From: Dictyostelium discoideum
Lineage: Eukaryota
Length of the DNA: 64,000 nucleotides
Direction of reading: 5' to 3'
Assembly: GCA_000004695.1 (NCBI GenBank)
Contig: CM000151.3
Coordinates: forward strand, 1,952,001 to 2,016,000
Of this stretch, positions 50,149 to 63,500 are shown piece by piece; positions within the stretch are counted from its first letter, which is position 1; every line of letters begins with the position of its first letter. A program made the position numbers and the translations under genes. The notes below the pieces were generated by a model that was not told where the DNA came from, searched no databases, and was given only the letters and a program-made list of their open reading frames with translations.

Positions 50149-51095
50149 ATAAAAAAAAAAAAAAAATTAAATTTTGATTATAAATTTTGGTTTTTTTTTT
50201 TTTATTATTTTATTTGGTTTCCTCAAATTGTGAAAAGTAAAAAAAAATAAAATAATGTCACCCCTTACAAATCCAAACACCTTTTTTTCGACACCTAAAT
50301 TTTTATTATTTACAAATTAATTTTTCAATTTTATATATATTTATTTAACTTAAAAAAAAATAATTTCCATAATTTCTTGATCAAAAAATAAAAAAAAAAA
50401 TAAAAAAAATAAAAATAAAAATAAAAAAAAAATAATAAATTTTCATGAAAATTTGTTGTTGAAAACAGTTGCCATTGCAAAAAATTATTTGAAAAAAAAA
50501 ATTTTCAAAATTAATTCAAATAAAAAAAAAAAAAAAAAAAAACATAATCGCAGGGAAAACTGTTGTCTTTTTTTTTTTTTTTTTTTGTTTTTTTTTTTTT
50601 TTTTTTTTAGAAACTAGGGAAATAAAATATACCAAACCATCATTACATTATAAATATAATTTAAATAATAAAAATAAAAAAAAATAAAATAAAAAAATAA
50701 AATAAAAATAAAAAATAAAATAAAAATAGATCAACAAAAAATAAATAAATTAATTTAAAAATAAAATAAAAAATTAATTTGAAAAAATAAAAAAATAAAA
50801 AAATAAAAAATAAAAATAGAATAAAACAAAATAAAACAAAACAAAATCAAATTTATAATCAAATTTTAAATAAAAAAAGAAAAAAAAAATAAAAACATTA
50901 ACTCAGTTTTTTTTTTTTAATAATAATAATAATAAAATAACAGAAAAATTATATTGTTTTTTTATTTTTTTTATTTTTTTTTTTGGAATTTTTTTTTAAA
51001 TTTTTTTTTAAATTTTTTTTTTTTTTCTTTTCTTTTTTTTTTTTTTTTTTTTTTTTAATGAAAATAAAAAGTAAAAATAAATAATAAAAAAAAAT

Positions 51096-51126
<31 letters not shown>

Positions 51127-51224
51127 TATAACTTTCTTCATCATCATAATCACCATCACCATCACCATCACCATCACCATCATCACCTTCATCAAATATT
51201 AAAACCCAAGTTTAAAATTTTAAA

Positions 51225-51384
51225 ATGGTTTTAAATTTAGTCTCTGATGAGAATGGATTGGATATATCATTCATTTCATATAATGTTACTTTTATAGATA
51301 GATGTGCTCAATTCACTGTAACACTAAAATATAAAAATTTATCAAGTTTACCATTACCATTAAAGTACATATTTTAATTAATTT

Positions 51385-51431
<47 letters not shown>

Positions 51432-52583
51432 CACTTTTTACTTTTTACTTTTTTTATTTATTTATTTATTTAATAACTAACAGTCCATTTTCTAAAATAA
51501 ATAAATAAATAAAAAATTTAAAACATAAAAAATAATAATAATAATAAATTTATAAAAATTCAATTTAAATATTTATATATTAAAAAAATAAAAAATAAAA
51601 AATAAAAAAAATAAAAAAGATTTAAGAATGATGGTAGAGATTTAGGAATTTTAATACAATTAGAATCAAAGATTGGTGAAGAAGTAGGAGCATTTAAAAT
51701 AGAGAATTCAAACTTAACAAGTATAGACTATCCATTATTAAAATCATATGGTATGAGTCCTGAAATAGAGAATAGTGGTAGTGGTAGTAGTAGTGGTAAC
51801 AACAATAATAATAATAATAATAATAATAATAGTTTGGTACATGGGGATATAAATATAGAGGAATTAATAAAGAATATGACAATCGATCAATATTACGATA
51901 ACAAAGTATCAATGATGAATATCGTTGATCTTATGCCCGGTAAAGAGATTACAATGATTTCAAAATATTTAAAAGAATTACCAACTATAAAAACTAATAA
52001 CAATAATAATAATAATAATAGCAAACCAAATCCAAATATAGATAGTAGTAATGGAGATGAGATAATATCGATAACCATACCGAAACAGACATCAATAACA
52101 TCACCATTCCCACCAATAAATATAGAGATTACAATCGATGGTGAAGTTAGTATACCACTTCACTCATCGGTATGTCCATCACATCCATCATCAATTTCAT
52201 CATTGACCCTATGTGAGAATATCATATCATCGAAACATGATATCAAAAGTAATTCCTTATTGAATGATGATTTCAATTTACTCATTGGTTTAGAATCAGA
52301 ATTGCATCACAGTGGTTGGACAACATGTACATTATCACCCTCCTCATCACCTCCATTATTATCCTCCTCTCCAAATTCACTACCACCAACCACTGTAATT
52401 TCAACTTTGATAAATTTAAATCAACCAACACCACCACTTGTCGATAGAGTTTCTTTTAACAATGTAGAATATAGTCTAAATAGTTCATCAACAACAACTA
52501 CATCTTATAGTAATAATAAACAAACTATAATTTATAGTTTGAATAATAATGATAATAATACAAATAATACAAATAACAATACA

Positions 52584-52614
<31 letters not shown>

Positions 52615-53955
52615 TAATTTTAAAGTATAATAATAACAAAGAATTTAACCTTTTATTAAAAACCCCAACTTTACCCTCTTCATCGAGTATTTTAAATAAA
52701 TTTTCTTCACTTTCAAAAATTCAACAATTATGTAAAAATAATGATAATAATAGTAATAATAATAATGATAATAATAAAAATAATGATAATAATAATAAAA
52801 ACAATGATAATAATAATAATAGTAATATAGATACAGGTACAGGTTTAGATATAGGTACATTATTGAATATAATATTCACAACATCAAATAATAATAGTAA
52901 TTTAGTAAATAATAATAATAATAGTAGCAATACGATAGTGTCACCACTTTCACAATCAGCACCACCAATTAATAATAATAATAATAGTAATAAAGATATA
53001 TCAATGATTGAACAAAATATAACGACAACATCATCACCACCAACAACAATAACAACAACATCACCACCATTACCAAAACTTCAAGAATCTGGTGAACTTT
53101 TATCAAATATGTTATCGAATTTACCAAAAGCGAAATTAGGGGGATTAAATCAACAAAGTTTAACAGCACCACCATCAGTTGGTAAAGATCTTTCAAATCC
53201 AATTGCAGATTTCATAGCAAGTAGAGCTGCAGCAGGTGGTTCAAGTGGTAGTAATAAACCCAAGAAGGGACCACCACCTAAATTGGGTGGTTTAGGTGGT
53301 GGGTTGAATACCTCAACAGGTGCAGGTGGAATTGGTGATGTTAGAGTACAAAGATTGGCAAGTTATAATAAAGTCAACCAATTATGGAATGTTTCATCAT
53401 CAGATTTTGCACAACGTGTTTCAATTACCCTAAGAGAACTTGAACCCTATGCAATTGATTATGCATTGTCTCATATTAAATCAAAGTGGTGGGACAAGAA
53501 TAGGATAGCAACACTAGCTGAAATCAAATGTATACATTCTATAATCTCTTCAATCATTAATAGTCCAAAAATTAATTTAACATATATTTCTCCATCATCA
53601 TCATCATCAACAAACTCTTCAAATTCAGACGCAAAAGATCAAACATCAACCACTACAACCACCACTACATCATCACCAACTCCAAGTGCTTCAGATGTAG
53701 CAGCAAGTAGATTTTTATTACAAAAAGGTAGTTTTACTGATTTAACAAAATTAATGGGAAAACCACAATCATCATCATCATCATCATTATCACCCTCATC
53801 TTCACTCAATCCTTCACCATCAACCTCATCAAATTCTTTATTATCACCATCATCACCAAGTAAAACGAGAAAAGAGGTAGAGATGGAAATTGATCCAGTA
53901 AAACTGAGATGGATTGTTGAAGAAGTTTTAAATGGTGAAAAAGCGTCAATAGAGA

Positions 53956-53999
<44 letters not shown>

Positions 54000-54919
54000 G
54001 GTAATAAATGGTTTAGTGTAAGTATTGGAGAAACAAAAGGAGGTAGACCTCATATGGAGGATAATCATGTTATTCTTGAGTATCCATATGAATTATATGG
54101 TTTAGAGAAAAAGAAAAGTGTAGATTCAATAGCAGGTGCAAATAGTAATAGTAATAATAATAATAATAATAATAATTGTATAAGTATTTTATCATCAAAT
54201 GAACAATTCTTTTTTGGTGTATTTGATGGTCATAATGGAAAGATAGCAGCTGAATACTCAAGAGTTAATTTACCTTATGAAATTTTTAATAGCTTTATAA
54301 AAATTAACAAAGTTGGCAACAGCGCAAACAATAACAATGTTGATGATTTATGTTTGGAGGCTATCAAACAAGGCTATTTGAATACAGATAAATACTTTTT
54401 AGATTATGCAGAATCTGATAATAAGAAAGCAGGTACAACAGTTGCAACAGTGATCTTGGAAAGAGAAAGATTTATCGTTTCAAATGCAGGTGATACAGAG
54501 GTTGTATTATGTTCAGGAGGCATTGCTGAACCATTGTCAATCATTCATACACCAAAATTAGATACTGAAAGAATACGTATAGAGAGTGCTGGCGGTTCAA
54601 TCATTCATTATGGTACACTAAGAGTCAATGGTTTATTGTCAGTATCTCGTTCCATTGGTGATAAGAATTTAAAAGAATTTATTATACCAAATCCTGATTC
54701 CCACATTCACAATATCAATAAACCCAATGACCAATTCTTAATGATTGCAACTGATGGTCTTTGGGAAGTTTTTAACCATCAAGATGTAGTCAATGAAGTC
54801 CTAAAATTATTACAAGATAAAACTATTCAAAAAGATGATATCTCTTCAATCATTGTTGAAGAAGCAATTAAAAGAAATTCAAAAGATAATATAACTTTAA
54901 TAATTATTTTCTTTAACCA

Positions 54920-54926
<7 letters not shown>
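51225..54926 (+). CDS. PP2C-family Ser/Thr protein phosphatase with a very long low-complexity N-terminal region, 2 exons: join(51225..51364, 51620..54926). Exon 1 is tentative; the unambiguous ORF starts at 51753
   Basis: C-terminal PP2C catalytic domain: GETKGGRPHMEDNHVI...FFFGVFDGHNGKIAAEYSRVNLPYEI...AGTTVATVILERERFIVSNAGDTEVVLCSGG...LSVSRSIGDKNLKEF...FLMIATDGLWEVFNHQDVVNEV (motifs xxDGHGG-like FDGHNG, GTT, NAGDSR-like NAGDTE, SRSIGD, DGLWE). Proposed upstream exon MVLNLVSDENGLDISFISYNVTFIDRCAQFTVTLKYKNLSSLPLPLK ends with a|gtacat donor. The phase rejoins the main ORF at acceptor ...aaaaaag|ATTTAAG (aa+a = AAA, then FKNDGRDLGILIQLESK...), with a 255-nt AT-rich intron. Confidence 0.6.
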
Positions 54927-54963
<37 letters not shown>

Positions 54964-55026
54964 AAATCAAAATCAAAATCAAAAATCAATAATATTAATT
55001 AGGAAAAAAAAAAAAAAAAATAAAGG

Positions 55027-55065
<39 letters not shown>

Positions 55066-55611
55066 TAAAATCAAAAAATAAATAAAAGTTTAAATTTTAA
55101 ATGCAACTTTTATTAAAAATATCAATAAATAAATTTAAAATTTTAAAGTTAATGTTCAAATTATTTTTATTTTATTTTATGATTTTTATCTCGTCATTTG
55201 ACTTTTTCTTTTTTGATTTTTTTTTTTTTAAAATTTTTTTAATTTTTTTTTTATTTTTTTTTTTTTATTTTTCATTTTTTTTCGATTTTTCCACTCACAT
55301 TTATTTATTTTTTTTTTTTTTTTATTTTTATTATTTTTTTTTTTTTAAAATTATTTTTTTTATTTAAATATTATAAAAAAAAAAATAAACAAAACATTCC
55401 CACACACACACACACACACACCAACAATACCAACAACAACGGCAGCAAAAATATATTTTTTTATCACATAAAAAAAAAAAAAAATAAAAAACAATAAAAC
55501 AATACTTTAAAAAAAAGTTCTGTTTTTTTTTTTAATTTTTTAGTTTTTATTTTTATTTTTTCAGAAGGTGGGCAAAAAGCGAATAAAATAATAAAATAAA
55601 ATAAAAACAAG

Positions 55612-56422
55612 ATGATTGTTGATGAAGAAGATGGACCTTTAGTTGGAGAGGAGGTCAATAACAATAATAATAATACTATTGATAATATTACAAATGAAGA
55701 AAGTGATGAAAACAGTGGTAGTGTAAATAATAACAACGATAATGGCAATGGTGTAAGATCAAGATTCAATAAAAAAGATGATCAAACATCAGAGAGTAGC
55801 GATGATCAAACTTTACCACAACCACCACAACAACAACAACAAAGTAACAGTAACAGTAATAATAGCAACAACAATAAAAATGTACCAAAATTAGTAAAGA
55901 TGGTAGTTTCAAGCGATAGTGAATCTGATTTAAATAGTAACAAAAACAATATAAATCCAAACGCTTTAATTGGTGTTTGTGCTGATGGTACTAGATTCCC
56001 ATTACCTTATACAAAGAATCCACTTACATTACATCCAATCAGTGAATGGTCTTTCTTTGATTATGCAAAGAATGCTTCATTAGCAAGTTTATTATTATTA
56101 TTATTCAATTTACCAGGTTGGGTAAGTAAATTTATACACCTATAAATGAAATATATATATACATTTAGAGATAGAGAGAATGAATATTTACTAATTAAAA
56201 AAATAAAAAAAAAATAAAAAGGTTTTCATTGCTTGGTTTATATTTTGGAGATTTATGTATAACATCGGACTTGGTTTATTACTTAGATATCAATCAAATA
56301 CAACATTCATCACCAAATTCGTTAAAACTTGGTCAAATCCTTCTCATCCATTATATCCACATTTAAAACAATTTTGTACTTCAGGTATGGGTTCAGACTA
56401 TGATTTTGATGTAAGTAATTTA

Positions 56423-56458
<36 letters not shown>

Positions 56459-57354
56459 GTCATTAATTTTATTTTATTTTAATTTTTTTTTTTTTTTTAT
56501 AAATACAGAATACTCCAGCTGAATATAATGCATGGTTAGCATTTAGACACATTGTTGATATTGTTTTAGCAAATGATTTAGTAACCTATGTTGTATTTGC
56601 GTTAGCATATTATGAAATTCCAAAAGATGTAGGATTCTCTATTATTCCAATCTATTTGTTAGGTGCATTCTTATGTGCATTCACATTTTGGGCAAAGACT
56701 GATGCATACCGTGTCGTTAAAGATTTCGCATGGTATTGGGGTGATTTCTTCTTTTTAGTTGATCAAAAATTAACTTTTGATAGAGTTTTCTCAATTTCAC
56801 CACATCCAATGTATACAATTGGGTATGTAAAAATAATAATTAATAATTAATAATAATTTATAATACTAATACCAATATATATATATAAATAAATAGGTAT
56901 ACATTTTATTATGGAGCAAGTTTAATAACACAAAGTTATACAGTACTTTATGTTAGTTTATTCGCACATTTTTGTCAATTAATATTTTTAGTACTTGTTG
57001 AAGATCCACATATTCAAAAGACTTATCCAGAGATTGTAGAAGATCCACATATTACACGTGAAAAAGTTAAAACTTATTTCGGTCATGATTTGGTTGTAGT
57101 AAAGAATTTCCAATTCCTTCGTGCAGCTGATCTTTTCACTTTGTTAATTGTAATCTATACATTGGCATTGAATTTATTATCACTTCCAACTTGGTTCTAC
57201 ATTGTTCAAGCTATCTTTTGGAGATGTGTTCTTTCATTTGGTTTAGGTTGGGTACTTAGATTACAATCAAATCAACAATGGTGGACAAATAAATATCAAT
57301 CTGTTCTTGGTAAAGATAAATTCATTTCTTTTGAAAATTGGAAAAAGTAAGTTT

Positions 57355-57386
<32 letters not shown>

Positions 57387-57422
57387 TAATCCATAAATAC
57401 TAATTTATTATTTTTTATTTAT

Positions 57423-57457
<35 letters not shown>

Positions 57458-58203
57458 TTTATAATTTATGTTTAATTATGGCACATATTTCATTTACATC
57501 ATGTTTTTTCAAATATGTTCAAATTGATTTCAATTTCTTTGGATCAATCTTTTGGAGACAAATTTTAGGTTTAATGTTAATTTTAATCAATTTATGGAGT
57601 TCCTTATCAACATTTGAAGTTTTGGGTGAATTTGGTTGGTTCTATGGTGATTTCTTCATTGAAGATATTCCATCCAATCTTTATTATACAGGTATCTATA
57701 GATTTTTAAATAATCCAGATTCTGTAACTGGTTTCGCTGGTTTCTATGGTCTCAGTTTAATTGCCGGTAGTTTCCCATTATTTGCCTTGTCAATATTCTC
57801 ACAAGTTGCCAATTTCCTCTTTATCAAATTCGTTGAGAAACCACATATGAAGAGACTCTATGGAAGTAAAGTACGTTCTCAAAGTGGTATTTCCAAAGGT
57901 ATTCAAGAGATTGTCAATGAATTAACTGAAACTTCACCACCAATTCAAAAATTAGTTACAAAAACTCGTAATCTTACTGAACGTGTTGAAAGAAGAGTTT
58001 CTGATCGTATTAATTCCTTTGTTGATGAACTTCAAAAACATGGTATTCCATTATCAACTGAACAATTTGAAATTTTAAAAACTTTAAAAGAGAAATATAA
58101 TAATAATAATAATACTTCACCAAGTGATAGTGATAATAATAATAGTAATAATAATAATAATAACACTAATAGTAATAATAATAAAAAATCAAAGAAAATA
58201 TGA
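55612..58203 (+). CDS. Phosphatidylethanolamine N-methyltransferase, Cho2/Pem1 type (two PEMT-like membrane domains), 5 exons: join(55612..56121, 56222..56410, 56509..56822, 56897..57346, 57456..58203)
   Basis: All four introns begin gtaagt or gtatgt and end (a/t)nAG, and the phase was verified at each junction. The product contains [64 protein letters not shown] (first PEMT-like SAM-binding membrane domain, HPxY motif) and EVLGEFGWFYGDFFIEDIPSNLYYTGIYRFLNNPDSVTGFAGFYGLSLIAG (second). This is the arrangement of the yeast CHO2 class. The stop is TGA. Confidence 0.65.
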
Positions 58204-58404
58204 TCAAATAATAAAAAATTAAAATAAAAAAAAAAAAATAAAAAATATATATATCAATAATATCGCAAAAGTATCAATTCCACATTTAAAAATAGTAATA
58301 CAACCATACTATTATCGATAATAAATCATTAATTAAATTAATATTTATTTTTAAAAAAAAAACAAAACAAAACTTTTTATTTATATAAAATTGTATTATT
58401 AAAT

Positions 58405-58647
58405 TTATTTATTTTCAATATTTGGAGAATGACAAATTTGTAAATGGAATTTATAATTTTTAATTTGACATTCTTTTGAACAATAATAAACCTTTTTACA
58501 TTTTGAGCATTTTTTTAAAGGAACATTCTTTTTAAAACAAGTTTGACAAACTTTAATTAATGCACTGGTGCTCGAGCTCGATGATGATGATGATGAAAAA
58601 GAGGAGGAAGATGATTTTGAAGGTGATTGGGGTTGTTGTTGCTGTGG

Positions 58648-58712
<65 letters not shown>

Positions 58713-60223
58713 GAATTGGTGAAGAAGGCGAAGGTGGTGAAGAATAAGGTTGAATTGCAGAATCATTTGATTGTTCTAATGAGAATGAAAAGAAATATAA
58801 TTCAGCCATAATTAATAATGAATAACCTAAACTAAGGGAACCAATGAATAACCATTCACCAGTTGAAAAATTTAAAAAGTATTGAATAACTAAAAATATG
58901 AAACCAGTTAAGAATTGTTTAACAGTTTTCTCAACTAAAAGTTTTGATTTTTGATCGATATCTAAATTCTCTTTATTGTTGATTAATGCTAAATTTGCCT
59001 TATAAATTACCATATGAAATAAGAAATGAATGATATAATTCGATAGGAATTGATAGATTCTTGATGGTATGAAATAGTAAACACCAGTTGCCGAAAGAAT
59101 CAATGGTAATGCTATTTTAAAAGGTGAAGATTGGAATAGAATTAACTTTACAATTGAGAAAGCTGGTGGAATTAACCATTCGATTCTTCTACCTGATAGG
59201 AAATCTAAAAACCAAATTGGACCCCAAAATATTAAATAGATGCTAATATCCAATTCGGAATTATTTAATGATGTGAAAATTAATGCCAAAATCGATGAAT
59301 AAAATGATGGACCTGTTTCTGGTTTCTTGAATACATAAATTCCTAATAACAACAATATGATACTACCAAAGATCATAATATTCAAACTTAATAATCTCCA
59401 AAACATTGGATAACCACTACTTATATCGATCTCTCTCAATGAGTCATAAAACATTACAAAAAACCATAAAGTAACTGTGATTGATGAATTCTTTTTCCTA
59501 ATATTTGGCCATAAGAATACAATACCATAAATTATGAAATTGGTTATGAATGGTAATGCTTTAGTTGGTAATATAAAATATAATAATAAATTTGCACCTC
59601 CAACATACACAAAAAATAATAATTCTAATTGTGATCTAGATAAAAATAAAAAATATAATATAAATAATGATACAAATATCCTTTAAAATAAAAATTATTA
59701 TTAGTATATTGATTGATTGATTAATTGATTGATAGATTGATTGATTAATTGATTGATTGATTGATTTATTGATACAATACCATTCTATATAAATTGTAAA
59801 AAAGTGATCAATTATTAAGGATATAACACAAAATGAAATTGATATTAACCATTCTGAGCCTTTACTATCAACATTATTACCAAGTTGATTAAACATTAAA
59901 CCATCATAACCAAATGAATCATAGAATAATTTAGTATCGGGATTCGATAAGATTTGATAGGCTTTATTAATCTCTTGAAATTTATCGACACCATGCGGAT
60001 TCTTGTCAGGATGATATTTTAATGCTAATACTTTATAGGCTTGTTTAATCTCTGATGCATTATCTGTTTTTTCAATTCCTAATATTTCATATGGTGATTT
60101 TAATTCTCCTTCTTTATTATAACTACTATTACTATTGCTATTACTATTGCTATTGGTACCACTGCTATTATTATTATTATTATTATTATCGCTATCACTA
60201 CTAATATTATTACTATTTGACAT
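58405..60223 (-). CDS. DnaJ (J-domain) protein fused to a polytopic membrane region and a C-terminal MYND-type zinc finger, 2 exons: join(59850..60223, 58405..59680) on the minus strand, with a 169-nt intron
   Basis: Exon 1: MSNSNN...YNKEGELKSPYEILGIEKTDNASEIKQAYKVLALKYHPDKNPHGVDKFQEINKAYQILSNPDTKLFYDSFGYDGLMFNQLGNNVDSKGSE|W (J-domain with the HPD tripeptide). The donor is tg|gttaat, the acceptor ttttaaag|G, and the phase is verified. Exon 2 reads continuously into (W)IFVSLFILYFLFLSRSQLELLFFVYVGGANLLLYFILPTKALPFITNFIIYGIVFLW..., with at least 8 hydrophobic segments, a 21-unit (CAA)n poly-Gln, and CQTCFKKNVPLKKCSKCKKVYYCSKECQIKNYKFHLQIC (the MYND C-x2-C...C-x2-C...YCS-x2-CQ-x3-W/Y-x2-H-x3-C pattern). 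The ORF-track start at 59610 is a GTG inside the exon. Confidence 0.7.
58649..58712. repeat. (TTG)n on the plus strand, equal to (CAA)n on the minus strand, encoding a 21-residue poly-Gln in the DnaJ-MYND gene
   Basis: Direct reading of ttgttgttg... . The plus-strand ORF 58560..58811 (poly-V) is the antisense artefact. Confidence 0.85.
59700..59762. repeat. (GATT)n/(TTGA)n tetranucleotide array inside the intron of the DnaJ-MYND gene
   Basis: Direct reading: ttgattgattgattaattgattgatagattgattgattaattgattgattgattgattt. The minus-strand ORF tail (SINQSINQ...) is its translation and is intronic. Confidence 0.8.
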
Positions 60224-60542
60224 ATTATTCTATTCTAGCATATAAAATAAGAATAAATGATATTTATTTGTTTATTTGTTTATTTCTTTTTTTTTTTTAT
60301 TTGTTGGTTTAAAATTTTTTTTTTTTTTATTTAATTTTTTTTTTCCAAAGCTTTTTAAGGTTTCGAATTTTCAAATAAAAAAAAAAAATATAAAAAATAA
60401 ATAAAAAAAAAAAAAAAATTTTGGAAAAAAAAAAAAAAATAAAAAAAAAAAAAATAAAAAATAAAAAAAAAAATTAAATTAAAGTTATCAGATTGTGATG
60501 GGATTGTGTTATTTTATATGATTAATTAAATAAATAAATAAA
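60224..60542. promoter_or_regulatory. 319-bp divergent promoter region shared by the DnaJ-MYND gene (minus) and vps54 (plus)
   Basis: It is a head-to-head gene pair. The A/T-rich spacer has poly(dT)/(dA) tracts and no ORF. Confidence 0.35.
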
Positions 60543-63500
60543 ATGTCTTTAAATAATTACAACAACAACAACAACAACAACCGCAACAATAACAACAACA
60601 ACAATAATAGTAATAATAATAATAATAGTTTTACGAATGATAACTATGCAATTGATACAGAATGGGAAAATAATAAAAATAATAATAATGTAACATCACC
60701 AATATCATCAAATCATAGTTCACCATCTTCGTCATCATTATCAAGATCATCATCTATGTTATTTGGAGAGAACAATGGCACATCACCATTTATATTTGCT
60801 CAATCATTAACATCGGTTTGTTTAGATCCAATGTCACCATTACCAAATGAATGGTCACCCTCAGATTTACAATTACCACAATCATCATCCTCTTCATCCT
60901 CTTCAGCGACAACAGCGACAACAACAAATGGGAATAATGTTATAACATCACCAACATTACAATTTAATAATAGTAGTAATATTAATATTCAATCATTTAA
61001 TAGCTATATTCAAAAGATTAAGCCATATTATAAGATATTCTTAGAGAATAAACAAAAGGATTTAATACCAACAAACAAAAAAACTAAAGAAGAAATCATC
61101 AGTTTAGAGAATATACCAGCATTCTTTTTTAAAAAGGATATGACAGTTAATGAAATTTTAAACTATGCAAATAATGATCCATCACCAATCATATTTCAAA
61201 AGTTGGAACATTATTACACTATAATCGAGGAGAATATAGTTGGTCATGTTCGTGATAAATCTTTATTATTCTTTTCTGCAATGTCTGATTTAAAACAATT
61301 TAGATCTCAATTAATTAATTTATCGAATCATATTAAAAATTCAGAGTAATATATAATTTATAATTTATAATTTATTTTTTAAGTTTTATATATATATTAA
61401 TTTTTTTTAAAAAAAAAAGAGAAACATTAGGTGAAATTGATGATAATATTATACATGGATTAAATATATCAAAATTATTTCTTCAAAAGAATAGAATAAA
61501 GGATACATTAGAAACATTATCATTGGTATCAGAGGTTACACAAGCACAACCCGCATTACAACTTTTACTATCTAAAGGTGATTATATGGGTGCATTGGAA
61601 TTAATCAATAGAACTCAATCAGCTATCTCTTTAGAATTACATTACATTTCATCATTAAAGAATTTATCACCACAATTATTGGAAATGATTAATTTAATCG
61701 AGAAAATGTCATTACAAGATTTTATTAAATATTCATTAAATGATGAAATCCTATTAAGTTCTTCACCAAATAGTAATAATAATTCACCAATTTTTAATAA
61801 ACTTTCTTTAAAAAATAGAAATAGAAATAAAATTAATAGTAGTAATAATGAAGAAAAAGAAGATAATGAAGATTACTATGATGAAGAAGACGATGATGAT
61901 GATGATGATGATGAAAATATAAACTATGAATCATTAAATGAAAATTTAAATAATTATTTATCACCATTAATAATTGTATTATTAAAAGTTGGTAGAATTC
62001 AAGAAGCATTAGAAGAATTTAGAGATGCATCAAATGAATCATTTAAACAACTTTTTAAGAATACTGTTGCAAATATAACCTATCAATTATTGGATAGTGG
62101 TGGTAGTAGTCATCATAAAACACCCACAAACTCATTCAACTCTCAAAATTTCAATTGGAATGATTGTAAATTAAAACTTTTAAAATTATCTTCTAATGAT
62201 TCATTACCATTATTTAAAGCTGTTGAAAAAGCATTTCGTAGGAAATTCATTGTATTTTCAAAAGTTTTAGAATTAATTATAGATATTGTAAATAATAATA
62301 ATGGAATTAATAATAATGGAATTAATAATAATAATAATAAGAATGGTGATAAATCACCAAATATATTTGGTGAAACAGTTATTAATACTTGTAGTACAGT
62401 TGCATATTCAATAATTGAAACTATGCAAGAAAGAATATCATCATTAATGAAAGTTAGGGGTGAAATTAATGCAAAATTGGCATTACCAGATTTTGTATTA
62501 CTCTATAATCAAATTGAATCATTTTTAAAGTTTACTGAATCTTATTCACTTTCAAAAAGAAAAACACCAATCTTAAGATCATCAATATTGGCTCAATTAA
62601 AAATGTTTTTAGATATTCTTCATCAAAATAGATTATCATCATTAAAATTATTATTAGAAAATGAAGATTGGGTACAAGTTAAAGTAGTTTCTGAATTTCA
62701 AAATATTGTAAATAGTATAGTTCAACAATCAACTGATTATAATAATAAAGATAATAATAAAGATAATAATAATAATAATAATAATAATGAAAATAATAAT
62801 ATATCAGATGAAATTTATATAAATAGTGAACCATTTAAAGTTGTAAATACATCATTAATGTTATTGAAATTTATAAATGACTATTTATGTTGTTGTGAAA
62901 AGTTACCAACGATTATTATAGATTCACTTCCAAAGATTATAGAGATTTTAAATACATTTAATAGTATGACTCATCAATTGGTATTGATGGCAGGTGCTAG
63001 ACAAACTATGAAATTGAAAACTATCACTTCCAAACATTTAGGTTATGCATCACAATCATTAAGTTTTCAAATAAAGTTAATACCATATATAAAGGTGATA
63101 GTATCAAGATCATTAACAGTGAAACAGTTATCATTATTGAATGGATTGGATAAGTTGCTACAAGATTTCGTTTCACATAGACAAGAGATTTTCAATAAAT
63201 TTGTGGTTATCATTAAAGAAAGATCAAGTTATCATCTTAAAGTTTTAGGTTCAATAGATTTAAGAGATGATACTTTACCAATTCCAACACCACCAATAGC
63301 ATCACTCTCAAAAGATATTACAACACTTCATAAATTATTAGCTTCAATTTTACCACCTGATCAATTATTTAAAGTATTTACAAATATTTACTTTATGTTT
63401 AATAGTTTATTCATTGAAAATCTTTCAAAGTTTGATATGTCTCATAAATTATCAAAAAGAAGAATACATAATGATGTTTTACATTTATTAAATTCAATTC

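Noticed and set aside
55400-55425. (CA)n dinucleotide run cacacacacacacacacac upstream of the PEMT gene as a possible Z-DNA or regulatory element
   Set aside because: It is short (about 10 units) and isolated. There is no basis for a functional claim beyond noting it as a simple repeat.
59608-59610. ORF-track start MYVGGANL at 59610 (and MVSEVTQ at 61523, MAEIISV at 3371, MLGAFLC at 56656)
   Set aside because: The codons are GTG or TTG, not ATG. The caller evidently accepts bacterial alternative starts. All of these sit inside exons of longer spliced genes.
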